From NCBI RefSeq assembly GCF_009914755.1, contig NC_060936.1: 64,000 nt of DNA. One strand, given 5' to 3'. Shown here in pieces: positions 39,796 to 51,645 of this stretch (its first letter is position 1; each line of letters starts with the position of its first letter). The notes below the pieces were generated by a model. It saw only the letters and a program-made list of their open reading frames with translations. It had not been told where the DNA came from and ran no database searches. This stretch comes from the human T2T-CHM13v2.0 reference genome, Homo sapiens. The translations under genes and the position numbers were made by a program.

Positions 39796-40518
39796 AAAGC
39801 TTGAATTCACTTTATTTATTTAGGTAGGCAACTTAACTTTCATGACAGTCCTGAGCTCATGCAAACTGCCTACTGATAACAGCTTGCATTGTGTGTTTCG
39901 GTCTGAGTATTTTCACTAATCCTGTCTGCTCCAGCACCAATGTTATAAAACTCATCTACTTAGTTTTAAATTTTAGATATTATATTTTCCTTGTTAGAAT
40001 ATCTATTTGATTGTTTTCATAGATTCAAATTCTCTAGTGAGATGTTCTATTGTTTTATCCTCTTTTTCTTTATTTCTTTGAAGTGTACATCTATTTTTTA
40101 CTTTAATATCAACTTTTATTGAAGTATAATATACATATGAAAACTCACACGTGTAACTCAATGCATTTTGAAAAATTAATTAGCACCCAAATAAAGAACC
40201 AGAACATTATCAGAACCTCAGAAATTCTGTTTTACCTGTTTCAGGTCATTGTCCCCCAAGACTGACCCCTAATACCATAGTTTTTTTGGCCAATATTTTA
40301 TAGTTTTGACCTGAATGAGGCAATAGTATATGGTTCATCCTAATAATGACCAAACCCTATATATTGGCTCTGGATATGCTTTAGAAGGGCTTAACTTGCT
40401 CATGAAAATCTTCTAATTATGTTTCAGATGAAAAAAGATATGTAAAAAGGCTTCCTAAAATGGGATTCATACCGTCAGATTATTTCTTTTTGAAAGACTG
40501 AGGTTTATTATTGAAAAT

Positions 40519-40694
40519 GAGGACTTCATTCTCTTCTCGGGAGCGTGTAAGATCTAATCAAGTCTTGGTTGACTAATGAATTTCCTCTTCTTTGTATGTT
40601 GTGGGAGAGGACATCATTCCCTTTTTGGAAGGGTGTAAGATCTAATCAAGTATTGGTTGATGGATGAAGTTCCTCTCCTTTGTATGTTGTGGGA
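40519..40694. repeat. 2 x 88-bp tandem duplication (12 mismatches, no gaps)
   Basis: Units 40519-40606 and 40607-40694 share GTGTAAGATCTAATCAAGT and CTTTGTATGTTGTGGGA. Confidence 0.92.
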
Positions 40695-42519
40695 ACTTCC
40701 CAGCGCAGGATGACCTCCACTTTTTTCCTTAAAATCTTATATAAGTCATAATCCCAGTCTGAAAAGTCTTCTCCTTTGATCTTATTAAGAAAATAGATTG
40801 AGACACCCTAGACCTCAAAATAAGCCTTCTGGTTCCACCTGGGCAAAACATGATTGCAGCCAAGTGCAAAAGGGATTTCAATAACTTAGAGACTCATGGT
40901 CCACTGGACCTTGGAGTCTTGCTGGAGGCTTTGAAATATTTATAATTAGTCACCATATTTAGAACTGAGGAATCTCTATATTTCTGTCACATGTGATAGG
41001 TTATTAATCATTGTATAGATTTGAAATTATTGATTTTAGACTGTTAATTTCATTTTAAAGAGACCAACAGGGAATTAATATACTTCTAGTAATTTCGATT
41101 GAACTGTCACTGGAGCTGAACTTGTTATCCTAAGGGAAAATTTGGCCTCTGGTTCTTCTGAATTGCCTGGCTCATTTGTTTCTTTAGAAACGTTGTCAGC
41201 TTTTCCTTAAGGGCTGGTTTATGTGTCAAGGACTTCAGTAGGAATAGAAAAGGGAAATCTTGCACAGGACCCTGGAAGAGCCAGTGGGGAGGAAATGTAT
41301 GCAACTTCCAGGGCTTAATGAATAGGCTATCTCTATGTACGTCTCCTTTGTTCATGAGTTTCCTGTTGCCATTTTAACGTTAAAAGTTAAAGCGACAATG
41401 TTGTAATAATTTTCAAAAGTGGGTTACAAGAGCATAGTAATATAGGAATAAAAAGTTCAGAGTCTGGTGGCAAAGACAACGACATGGAGATAACTGATGA
41501 ACGGCACGATTAGCAGGTGCCCTGCACAGCTGTACTCTCAGCACCGGAGTTCTCAGCAGGGGAGTTCCAAAGTGTTGGAGATTGAGTCTCCTGATCAAAT
41601 GACCACAGCAAGAAAATCACAGACAAAGAACCCTTTGGGAAGTGCCTCTGGACTCCACTTGAACTGTTCACGCTTGATGGAGCTATTTTAATCAAGCTTA
41701 AGCAGATACAGCTGGGCTCTCTAGTCTCTCAGCGACACAACCATTATGACCACCCCCTCAAAAAAAATTGCCAGTGACTTCTTTGATTAGCCAATGTTCT
41801 ATCCGTATAGTAACTTGTTCACGTTAGAGTAGCTAGTTGAGGGTTTATTATTTTGTAAATCAACGTATGTAATGATTACAGTTTTAAAAAATGCATCCTA
41901 TAGATGGGAAAATAATCACTTTACTTTTAGAAATGTTACTTTTGTTTTATATTCTAAAATATACAGACAACTGTGCCGTTTTCTACGAGTAACATCAAGT
42001 GACCACAACCTTAGGAAAAAATACCTTTTACATGGTAAATAATTCAACTTCTTGGCTTCATTTTTATCCGGGACAATCCTCAAACCTTTCTGCTGCAGAG
42101 CAAATTTAAGTTTATTTCTCCAGGAAAAAAAGAGAACTTTTGATCATCATAGTAACCACTATCCCTTATACATACAGCCAGAAAAATCTGAGGCAGGAGA
42201 AAACATTATTTGAAGATACGAAGTATCCATTTAGTATTTTATTTAGAGCAATAGAGAAGTTTTGTTTGTTTGATTTCTCAGTGCAGACTGGTGGCTGCTA
42301 AGGAGAAGAACTAACCAATTGTGAAAGTGGGCTGAACATCTGCAGCAAATCTATTCCTGTCTCAGATCAATTTATTAAAATGTAGCTCTTTTCTATTTTA
42401 TTACATATACCTGTGTGCTTTTTTCTTGGACCATTGTCTAAATTAAATACATAAATCTTAGAATGTTTCCTATTTTACCTATTCAAAACCATTTCTCTAT
42501 CAGTTATCATTGCAGCTCA

Positions 42520-42973
42520 TATTAGTATTGTAGGGCCACTGCAACAATGTACCACAAATTGGATGGCTTACACAAAAAAAATTAATTATCTCACAATTTT
42601 GGAAGCAGAAGTCTGAAATCAAAGATGTGGGTGGCCACACTTTCTGCTCATGATTTACAGAAGGATCTTCCTTGCCTAGCCTCGCCTCTGGCAGCTCTTG
42701 GCACTTTTTGGCTTATGACTGGGTAAGTCTTATCTTTTTCTCCATTTTCACATGGCCTTCACCTCTGTGTCTGTGTCTTCTCCTCTTTGGTCTGTTACAA
42801 GAGCATGTGTCAGGATTTAGGGCCTACTCAAATAATCCAGGATGATCGCATCTGAAGATCCTTAATTAAGTTACATTTGCAAAGAACACTTTTTCCAAAT
42901 AAAATAACATTCACAGGGGCTGGGTATTACCATGTAGACCTACGTTTCTTGGGGCCACCATACAACCCACTTT
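42520..42973 (-). mobile_element. MLT1B/C-type MaLR solo LTR
   Basis: TACCACAAATTGGATGGCTTA..GAAGTCTGAAATCAA..AATCCAGGATGATC..CATTTGCAAAGAACACTTTTTCCAAATAA. Confidence 0.82.
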
Positions 42974-43275
42974 GTGGTACAATGACTGGGGATATTTAGT
43001 GTTACCTGAGAGCAGTATAGAGAAGAGGAAAAGAGGCTAAGGACACTTAAGGAGAGTATAACAGAACTAATTAGGCAGCACAGCTCCATGAAGGAAGCAT
43101 TATCCAGGTGACAAGTGGCATTTATTAGGAGTCTAGGATATGTGTAGCTATATATTAGGTGTTGTACATTTAGGAGGTCAGCATAGTTATCACCCTCAGA
43201 AAGCTGACAGAGGCAGACTAAAGGGTGGAATCTCAGAATGCCATTATTTACTCAAAGTATGACCTTCTCTGAAGT

Positions 43276-45476
43276 CTGGGCAACAGAAGGACAATATGGA
43301 TGAGCAAAGAATGCCCATCCTGTTCAAGTTAAACTAAAGGATTCTGCCTCCTTTCCCTACCAAAGGCAGTATCCCCTTAGACCCGAGGCCCAACAAGGAC
43401 TCCAAAAGATTGTTAAGGACCCAAAAGCCCAAGGCCTAGTGAAACCATGCAGTAGCCCCTGCAAGACTCCAATTTTAGGAGTACAGAAACCCAATGGACA
43501 GTGCAGGTTAGTGCAAGATCTCAGGATTATCGATGAGGTTGTTGTCCCTTCATACCCAGCTGTACCTAACCCTTATACTCTGCTTTCCCAAATACCAGAG
43601 GAAGCAGAGTGGTTTACAGTCCTGGACCTTAAGGATGCCTTTTTCTGCATCCCTGTACATCCTGACTCTCAATTCTTGTTTGCCTTTGAAGATCCTTTGA
43701 ACCCAACATCTCAACTCACCTGGACTGTTTTACCCAAAGGTTCAGGGATAGCCCCCATCTATTTGGCCAGGCATTAGTCCAAGACTTGAGCCAGTTCTCA
43801 TACCTGGACACTCTTGTCCTTTGGTATGTGGATGATTTAATTTTAGCCACCCGTTCAGAAACCTTGTGCCATCAAGCCACCCAAGTGCTCTTAAATTTTC
43901 TCGCCACCTGTGGCTACAAGGTTTCCAAACCAAAGGCTCAGCTCTGCTCACAGCAGGTTAAATATTTAGGGCTAAAATTATCCAAAGGCACCAGGGCCCT
44001 CAGTGAGGAATGTATCCAGCCTATACTGGCTTATCCTCATCTCAAAACCCTAAAGCAACTAAGAGTGTTCCTTGGCATAACAGGTTTCTGCCGAATACGG
44101 ATTCCCAAGTACGGTGAAATAGACAGACCATTATATACACTAATTAAGGAAACTCAGAAAGCCAATACCCATTTAGTAAGATGGACATCTGAAGCAGAAG
44201 TGGCTTTCCTGGCCTTAAAGAAGGCCCTACCCCAAGCCCCAGTGTTAAGCTTGCCAATGGGGCAAGACTTTTCTTTATATGTCATAAAAAAACAAGAATA
44301 GCTTTAGGAGTCCTTACGCAGGTCCGAGGGACGAGCTTGCAACTCGTGGCATACCTGAGTAAGGTAATTAATGTAGTGGCAAAGGGTTGGCCTCATTGTT
44401 TACGGGTAGTGGTGGCAGTGGCAGTCTTAGTATCTGAAGCAGTTAAAATAATACAGGGAAGAGATCTTACTCTGTGGACATCTCATGATGTGAACGGCAT
44501 ACTCACTGCTAAAGGAGACTTGTGGCTGTCAGACAACCATTTACTTAAATATCAGGCTCTATTACTTGAAGGGCCAGTGCTGCAACTGCACACTTGTGCA
44601 ATTCTTAACCCAGCCACATTTCTTCCAGACAATGAAGAAAAGATAGAACATAACTGTCAACAAGTAATTGCTCAAACCTATGCCACTTGAGGTTCCCTTG
44701 ACTGATCCCGACCTCAACTTGTATACTGATGGAAGTTCCCTTGTAGAAAAAGGACTTTGACAAGCGGGGTGTGCAGTGGTCAGTGATAATGGAATACTTG
44801 AAAGTAATCCCCTCACTCCAAGAACTAGTGCTCAGCTGGCAAAATTGATAGCCTTCACTTGGACACTAGAATTAGGAGAAGGAAAACGTGTAAATATATA
44901 TACAGACTCTAAGTATGCTTACCCAGTCCTCCATGCCCATGAAGCAATATGGAGAGAAAAGGAATTCCTAACTTCCAAGGGAACACCTATCAAACATCAG
45001 GAAGCCATTAGGAGATTATTACTGGCTGTACAGAAACCTAAAGAGGTGGCAGTCTTACACTGCCAGGGTCGTCAGAAAGGAAAGGAAAAGGAAATAGAAG
45101 GGAACCACCAAGCGAATATTGAAGCCAAAAGAGCCACAAGGCAGGACTCTCCATTAGAAATGCTTATAGAAGGACCCCTAGTATGGGGTAATCCCCTCCA
45201 GGAAACCAAGCCCCAGTACTCAGCAGAAGAAATAGAATGGGGAACCTCATGAGGACATAGTTTTCTCCCCTCAGGATGGCTAGCCACCAAAGAAGGAAAA
45301 TACTTTTTCCTGCAGCTAACCAATGGAAATTACTTAAAACCCTTCACCAAACCTTTCGCTTAGGCATTGATAGCACCCATCAGATGGCCAAATTATTATT
45401 TACTGAACCAGGCCTTTTCAAAACTGTCAAGCAGATAGTCAGGGCCTGTGAAGTGTGCCAAAGAAATAATCCCTTA
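43276..45476 (+). pseudogene. pol: Disrupted HERV-W pol (RT, RNase H, N-terminal integrase)
   Basis: VLDLKDAFF, frameshifted LP(Q/K)G, YVDD, LYTDGSS, NIYTDSKY and H..(R)..CEVC zinc-finger remnant, split across ORFs 43439, 43786, 44337, 44776 and 45276 by frameshifts and stops. Confidence 0.93.
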
Positions 45477-45499
45477 CACTTCAGGCCATACATTTCAAT

Positions 45500-45728
45500 C
45501 CCTGTATCTTTAACCTCCTTGTTTGTCTCTTCCAGAATCGAAGCTGTAAAACCACAAATCGTTCTTCGAATGGAGCCCCAGATGCAGTCCATAACTAAGA
45601 TCTACCGTGGACCCCTGGACCGGCCTGCTAGCCCATGCTCTGATGTTAATGACATCAAAGGCACACCTCCCGAGGAAATCTCAACTGCACAACCCCTACT
45701 ATGACCCAATGCAGCAGGAAGCAGTTAG
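45500..45728 (+). pseudogene. env: HERV-W env 3' fragment (TM end and cytoplasmic tail)
   Basis: FVSSRIEAVKPQIVLRMEPQMQS.TKIYRGPLDRPASPCSDVNDIKGTPPEEISTAQPLL* closely resembles the syncytin-1 C-terminus. Confidence 0.92.
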
Positions 45729-45786
45729 AGTGGTCATCAGCCAACCTCCCCAACAGCACTTGGGTTTTCCTGTTGAGAGGGGGGAC

Positions 45787-46112
45787 TGAGAGACAGGACT
45801 AGCTGGATTTCCTAGGCCAACTAAGAGTCCCTAAGCCTAGCTGGGAAGGTGACTGTATCCACCTTTAAACATGGGGCTTGCAACTTAGCTCACAACCAAC
45901 CAATCAGAGAGCTCACTAACATGCTAATTAGGCAAAACAGGAAGTAAAGAAATAGCTAATTATCTATTGCCTGAGAGCACAGCAGGAGGGACAACGATCG
46001 GGATATAAACCCAGGCATTCGAGCCGGCAATGGCAACCCCCTTTGGGTCCCCTCCCTTTGTATGGGAGCTCTGTTTTCACTCTATTTCACCCTATTAAAT
46101 CTTGCAACTGCG
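45787..46112 (+). promoter_or_regulatory. LTR17 U3-R (no U5) with CCAAT, TATA (GATATAAA) and ATTAAA poly(A) signal
   Basis: CCAATC at about 45900, GGGATATAAAC at about 46000, ATTAAA at 46094-46099. Confidence 0.85.
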
Positions 46113-47249
46113 AAAAAAACAAAAACAAAAACAAAGTATGACCTTCTCTGAAGTTCATTATTTTGTGTCTCAGTTTTCCTCTTTGGCAATTATGAATGTC
46201 AATTATTTTCTTCTCAGAGAACTATAAACATTAATTAAACTAGTGGGTAACCATGTGAGCTCAAATTTATCCCATCTTCATATAAAGGTCTCCTTTGCAG
46301 AAATACTCTGAAGATCTGAGAGTCCTTTCAGTCATTTTATATAAATAATTGCAGCCAAAATGATTAATCCCTGACTTTTCAGTCAACAACTTTAATATTT
46401 CAATCTAAATCATCTTGAAGATAAATTATCCATAGTGATATTAATTATAACGCAATTTCTTGAGAGTACAAATCAAGTGCTTCATAAAATCATTCAGGTT
46501 CATTAATGTTAAAGTCTACACAATAAAAAATTTCATGGAAATGCAGCATGCTCTAGCTGATCTTGTTTTAAAGAGCAAATAAGACGTCAGTACTAGAGAA
46601 ATGTATTTATGTAATATCCACTAGAATAAGAAAGTCAGTGGCAAACAGTAGAAAGAACAAGTATATTACAGAACCTATATATGGATATATTTATTAAAAT
46701 CATTTTGAAAAACTAATTAATGCTTGCTTCACTTCTCTCCTGGGGCTATTGTGTCAAAGAAAATAAAACATGAAGAAGGTGTGTGTTCAGTAAGATAATG
46801 CCAAATATGGAGTATTTATTACCATTTTTATTATTACTGGAAAAATCACTTGCATTTCTATGAGTTTTTGATGTTTAAAGGAATTTTTTTTTGAAATTGA
46901 TAACAGCTCCTGCAGAAAGAATTATATGGGTTGCTCTGTTTCTATGGGCAAGTGTTTCTTAACATTTTCCCCTGTTATCCAACATTTGCACACATAGACC
47001 CACACATACATAATTTCCATGATGATTTTAAGAAGATAATGTCTGTGACAGCTATTCTTGGAGTAAAAACAAGAAAGAGTGGGGAGGAAGTTATCAGTGG
47101 AAAGAGGCAGTAATGGAGTTAATTGCTATGGGATAAAAACACTGAGAGCATTAAGTAAATGTCAATTGTTAGTCAACCAAAATCAGAGGCAACAGATATT
47201 TTGCTTAGAGAAATACAAAAGAAAGTAGTCAATTTTAGAGATTTTTAGG

Positions 47250-47510
47250 AATTATATATATAATTATTACATATAAGAATATATATCGTTATAATTAATA
47301 TATTATTAATATAAATTAATTATATATTATAAGATATAATTTATAATATGAATTATAACATTAATATAAATTAATTATATATTATAATTAATATTGTTAT
47401 ATTATAGAATTGTGTTATATATAACATACAATTCTATAATACAATAATATATATTTATATATTATCTATTATATTATATATAATAATTATATGTAAGTGA
47501 CATATATATA
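47250..47510. repeat. AT-rich low-complexity tract with internal direct and inverted repeats
   Basis: ATTAATATAAATTAATTATATATTATAA occurs twice; hairpin at 47401-47440. Confidence 0.9.
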
Positions 47511-50500
47511 TGATCAATTCAAATGCTGAATCAGCCTGAGACACACCCCAAGAGATTTTCAATGTATATATTTTGAAAACACAAATAAGCATTATTGCAA
47601 AAATAGCAGGTTAAAAAATAAAAACACGAAGTCATCCTGAGCATCATCACTTTAGCAAAAAGAACCATTTTGATTTAATTTTACTTCCTCTTTTCTATAA
47701 TTTTATAAGATTAGGCAACATTTTTTACTATACAGTTATTTCATTTAACACTAGTTAAATGAATTTAACTTAATTAATTTAATTTAATTTAACTAGTATA
47801 TACAAGTTTCTATTTAGCTGCATAAGGCTTTATCTTAACACTTTAAAAGCATCATAATATTTAGAGCTGATAGTGTACAATTGAACTAACTACATTTGAA
47901 CATAAATTATGTATTTTCCAGTTAGTTGATCAATTAATCATAAATCAATGTATTAGTCTGAAAGAAAACTTTAGAAGCTGAGATCCCTGACATTATTTTT
48001 TTTTAACCTAGTACTGAGGCTATTTGCAGTGACAATGCTCCTTTGTGATACAATTTTTCTCTTGAACACATTAAATATTCACTTATCACTTATTTATTCA
48101 ATACGTTTTTGAGACTACTAAAGGTATTATTAACTAGAGAAACAATGATGAAAAAATTAAAATCCCATGGCAATGAAGGATCAAATCTTCCAGTGAGCAG
48201 AGAGAGAAGATAACAGTAAAGAGACAGCATTGTAATTTTGGATAGACCTAAGAGTTTTGAAGAAAATAAATATGAACATATGAATAAGAGTGAAAGAATG
48301 ATCGAAATGAACTTTAGATGAAGTATTGATAAGGAGACACTTAAACTTTTTCTTTTTCTAGGAGTACTCTACCTCCCACATCTACTTTCTCATAAAAATG
48401 ATATAAAATTACCTGTTTTTTGTACCCTTAGACTGTGCAGAAGAATAGAAGGTAATAAATAGCCCAAGCAGGACTATTCAGTCACAATTTAGAAGTGAAT
48501 TAGTGTTGATGACTATAGTTCCTTGGAAAAATATTTTAAAAATAAGAAGCCAGTAATCCCAGAGTACCAATGGTGTCTAAGAGAAAAGTTTCTCTACTTT
48601 TTCTTCTCTTATATTTTATTAGCAACTGTTCCCTCAGAGGTGCCAGCTGCAGATAGGATAAGTGGAGAATGACTTAGTCTTTGAATATATTGTGCCATTA
48701 TCAAAGCACCATGCCTGTCTAAATCTAAAATTGCTTGAGGTATAGGGTAAGCAGTAATTCTTCCTCACATTTCAGTGATGAGATTATTAAGGAGTGCCAT
48801 ATCTAAATGGATCTTAGCATCAACTGGAATTAAGTATTCCAGTCTTTTACTTCTTGTAATAAGTGCCTATTCCCATCATGACTTTTCAAATAAAAGTAAT
48901 TTCATTTTCTATCTTGATAGTATCATTACTGTAAAACTAAATTGCAGTAGATTTTTAACTCCCTGAGACCAAGCTTCAGTTTGCATCCTACAACCTATTA
49001 CTAATATTTAATTTTAATGCCATTGTGAAGTCCAGGTTGTTTTAACATACATCTTTTTCTTCTTAATTTAAGTCAACAATCTAACCTTTATTCATATGGG
49101 AAAATAAATAAAATAGATTAAAATGAACAATGGTTTGTGGTTTTCTTTGCTTACTTGATGGCTAGTTTTCTGGCTGGAAGGTGTTGGGGAGTGGCAATAT
49201 GTTACTCTGGTATTTGGCCATAAGTAGGAGTTGTGCAATAAAAGCAAATGGTTTCACAGCATGGAAGGAAAGAAGAGGGGAGAATTTGTGCTACCAGGTT
49301 GTGTCATGGCTGTTACTAAATGTCTTAGAGTCACTCATGACCTCTTCATATGAAAATAATAATCATATATATGATGATATATATAAGGTATTTGGGCTAA
49401 ATAAAGATTCTGATAAGCCCCCACCATTCCCCTGATGCCCTCTGTATGCCCTGGGCAGAAGAATTTCCTCTCTCAGAAGGTTTCACACATTGTGTTTGCA
49501 GTATCAGAATACAAAAGATGTGCTTTGGTGTTTACAACAGCTTCTGTGATTTGTATGGGCCCAAGAGATAAAGAACATGAAGCCCATTCACACCTTGGAA
49601 GCTTGGAATTGTACTGAATGTAGATCACCTGAAGAAGATGGATACTAGAACCCAGGAGAACAAAGGTAATTACTCTGAGTGAACAAGAGTTGATGATATC
49701 AGCCAGCACAATTTCAGAAAGCATGTCTCCAGGAGGCTCTTGCTCAAGGGGGCCAGCTCTGCTCCCTCCAGTTTCCCAGCCTATCAACCGATGCAAAAGC
49801 TCTTATGATTTGAGTATGGGTAAGGCCCTAACATTGAAGAATAAATAGTTCAGGTTACCATGGGCGGGAGTTGCAGAACTCTACTGGGGGTTCACCAGAA
49901 GGAAATCCTAGACTGAGGAAGAACCCAGAGATCCTGAAAGCACAAGCAGAAGGAGGGCAATAATGAGCATGTTCCTGGCTGAGTTAGAGGAAATGGGCAG
50001 TATGTGCACAGCAGAGCAACCAAGGAGAGCAGAACAGGAGAAAAGCAACAGCAGTGGGCTGATTCTGCATGAGACGACCACTCCCACTCCCTGGGAGCTA
50101 TTTGTGTATGTCCTACGTACACCTGCTCCCAGTGATTTCTTGTGGGTTAATGTTCTTCTCTGAGACTCTCGAACTGGTGGAAAATAGACAACATTTTTAT
50201 TACATATATAAACACATCTGGGGAATTCTCAGGAATATTGGAGGCAAATAATTACAGGAACATATTGATATCAAGTTGAGTAAGAGCCCAGAGCAGTGAG
50301 ATTTGGAGTTGAGATATTCTATCTTCCATAAAGACATAATTACTCTTCATTGATTTTCAAGGCTGGGCACACTCAACCCAGACTGCACATGGGTAACATT
50401 ACAAAGAATTTCCATCTGTTATTACCTTTTCTCTAATAACTCTGTAAAGTGAGCAGAGCTGATATTTTTATTCTTTTTTAATGGTGGAGAAATCACTATC

Positions 50501-51414
50501 CAGAGATGTTGAGTGAGGTTCAGTCTCTGAGCTGATACCCCAGGAACTTCAATTGCATATACTATGAATTCTCTGCTTAAACTTGGCATTTTCCATGTTT
50601 GTTTATTTGTCTAAATTTCTGATATTCATATGAATTTATATAGTCTGTCTTATATTGCTATAAATTTTTTTGATTCAAAAAAATAGATAATAGTAGTAAA
50701 ACTTACCATCCCCTCTATTAAAAATATCTGGAATTATATTTTCATCTAAGTTTTAAATTTGTTTTGGTTTTATTGATCCTTCTAGAAAATAACATTTCTA
50801 TTGAAATCCATAGAATCATATCATAGTTAATTTTTTTGTCTTTGCAATAAATCTTAGGGGTTACCTTTTCCAACTTCTCAAGCAGTAAGGAAGGAATATT
50901 TCTGGTGAAAACAGAGCAAGAATCTAGCATTTAATTCAGTCAGTTTCTAATGTTGCTCTGCCTGCAGACTAGATATTTTCTCCATTTCAAAGGACTTTCT
51001 AAAAATTCAGCACAGTACTAAGAAGTCCCCCATTATTCCCACATGATGAGAGGTGAACAAACTACATTTATGGTTTCTACAGGAAGGAAAAACTAATTAG
51101 AATGTTACCTGAGAGCGCCAAAAGTAGGAGACTAAAAAATACTGAATATTTTTCAGGAAATAATTAGTTTAAATGAAAACTTCTCCAACCAGTTTTACAT
51201 TTTATATGGAGCATTCATGCTATCATTTATCTGAGTGTGCTATTTGCTGTCTCCAGACCATCCTTTGGTCCCTTGGACAGTAAACCAAGGGCTGTGTTTA
51301 AGTCTCATGCAACTGATGTCACTGCTCTTAACTGAACAGCAAACTCTTTTCCAACTTTTTGAGACAGTAGTCTCAACTTTTTGCTTCATATTCTGAGTTT
51401 GCAGTTCCTACTGA

Positions 51415-51645
51415 ATAGCTAACATTTATTAAGCAATTTCTATGTACCGAGCACTATTCCAAGCACTTGACAGGGATTATATCCCTAACCCGTATAACTA
51501 TCCTAAGAGATATAGATTATTAATATTAGCATCTTCCTTATACAGATGTGAAAACTGAGGAACAGAGACTTTAACTCCCCCAAAGCCACAGAGCTGGGAA
51601 CGGCAATCCAGGATTTGGATCCATGTCAACTCCCAAGCCCACACT
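51415..51645 (-). mobile_element. MIR SINE
   Basis: AACATTTATTAAGC..TTATACAGATGTGAAAACTGAGGAACAGAGA core. Confidence 0.75.

Larger units (their letters stand above)
43269..46131 (+). mobile_element. HERV-W (HERV17) processed pseudogene: 5'-truncated pol, env 3' end, U3-R LTR17 and A-rich tail
   Basis: Gammaretroviral pol motifs; syncytin-like Env tail; PPT at 45775-45786; LTR from TGAGAGACAGGACTAGCTGG (45787) ending shortly after ATTAAA (46094) in an A-tail; 23-bp direct repeat at 43253-43275 and 46132-46154. Confidence 0.96.

Noticed and set aside
43439-45252. Functional reverse transcriptase / novel retroelement system
   Set aside because: pol is broken by several frameshifts and stops, lacks its promoter, gag and IN core, and belongs to the known HERV-W family
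49400-50290. GC-richer block with several short ORFs
   Set aside because: No coherent ORF or splice structure; probably an old LTR relic, but I could not assign a family
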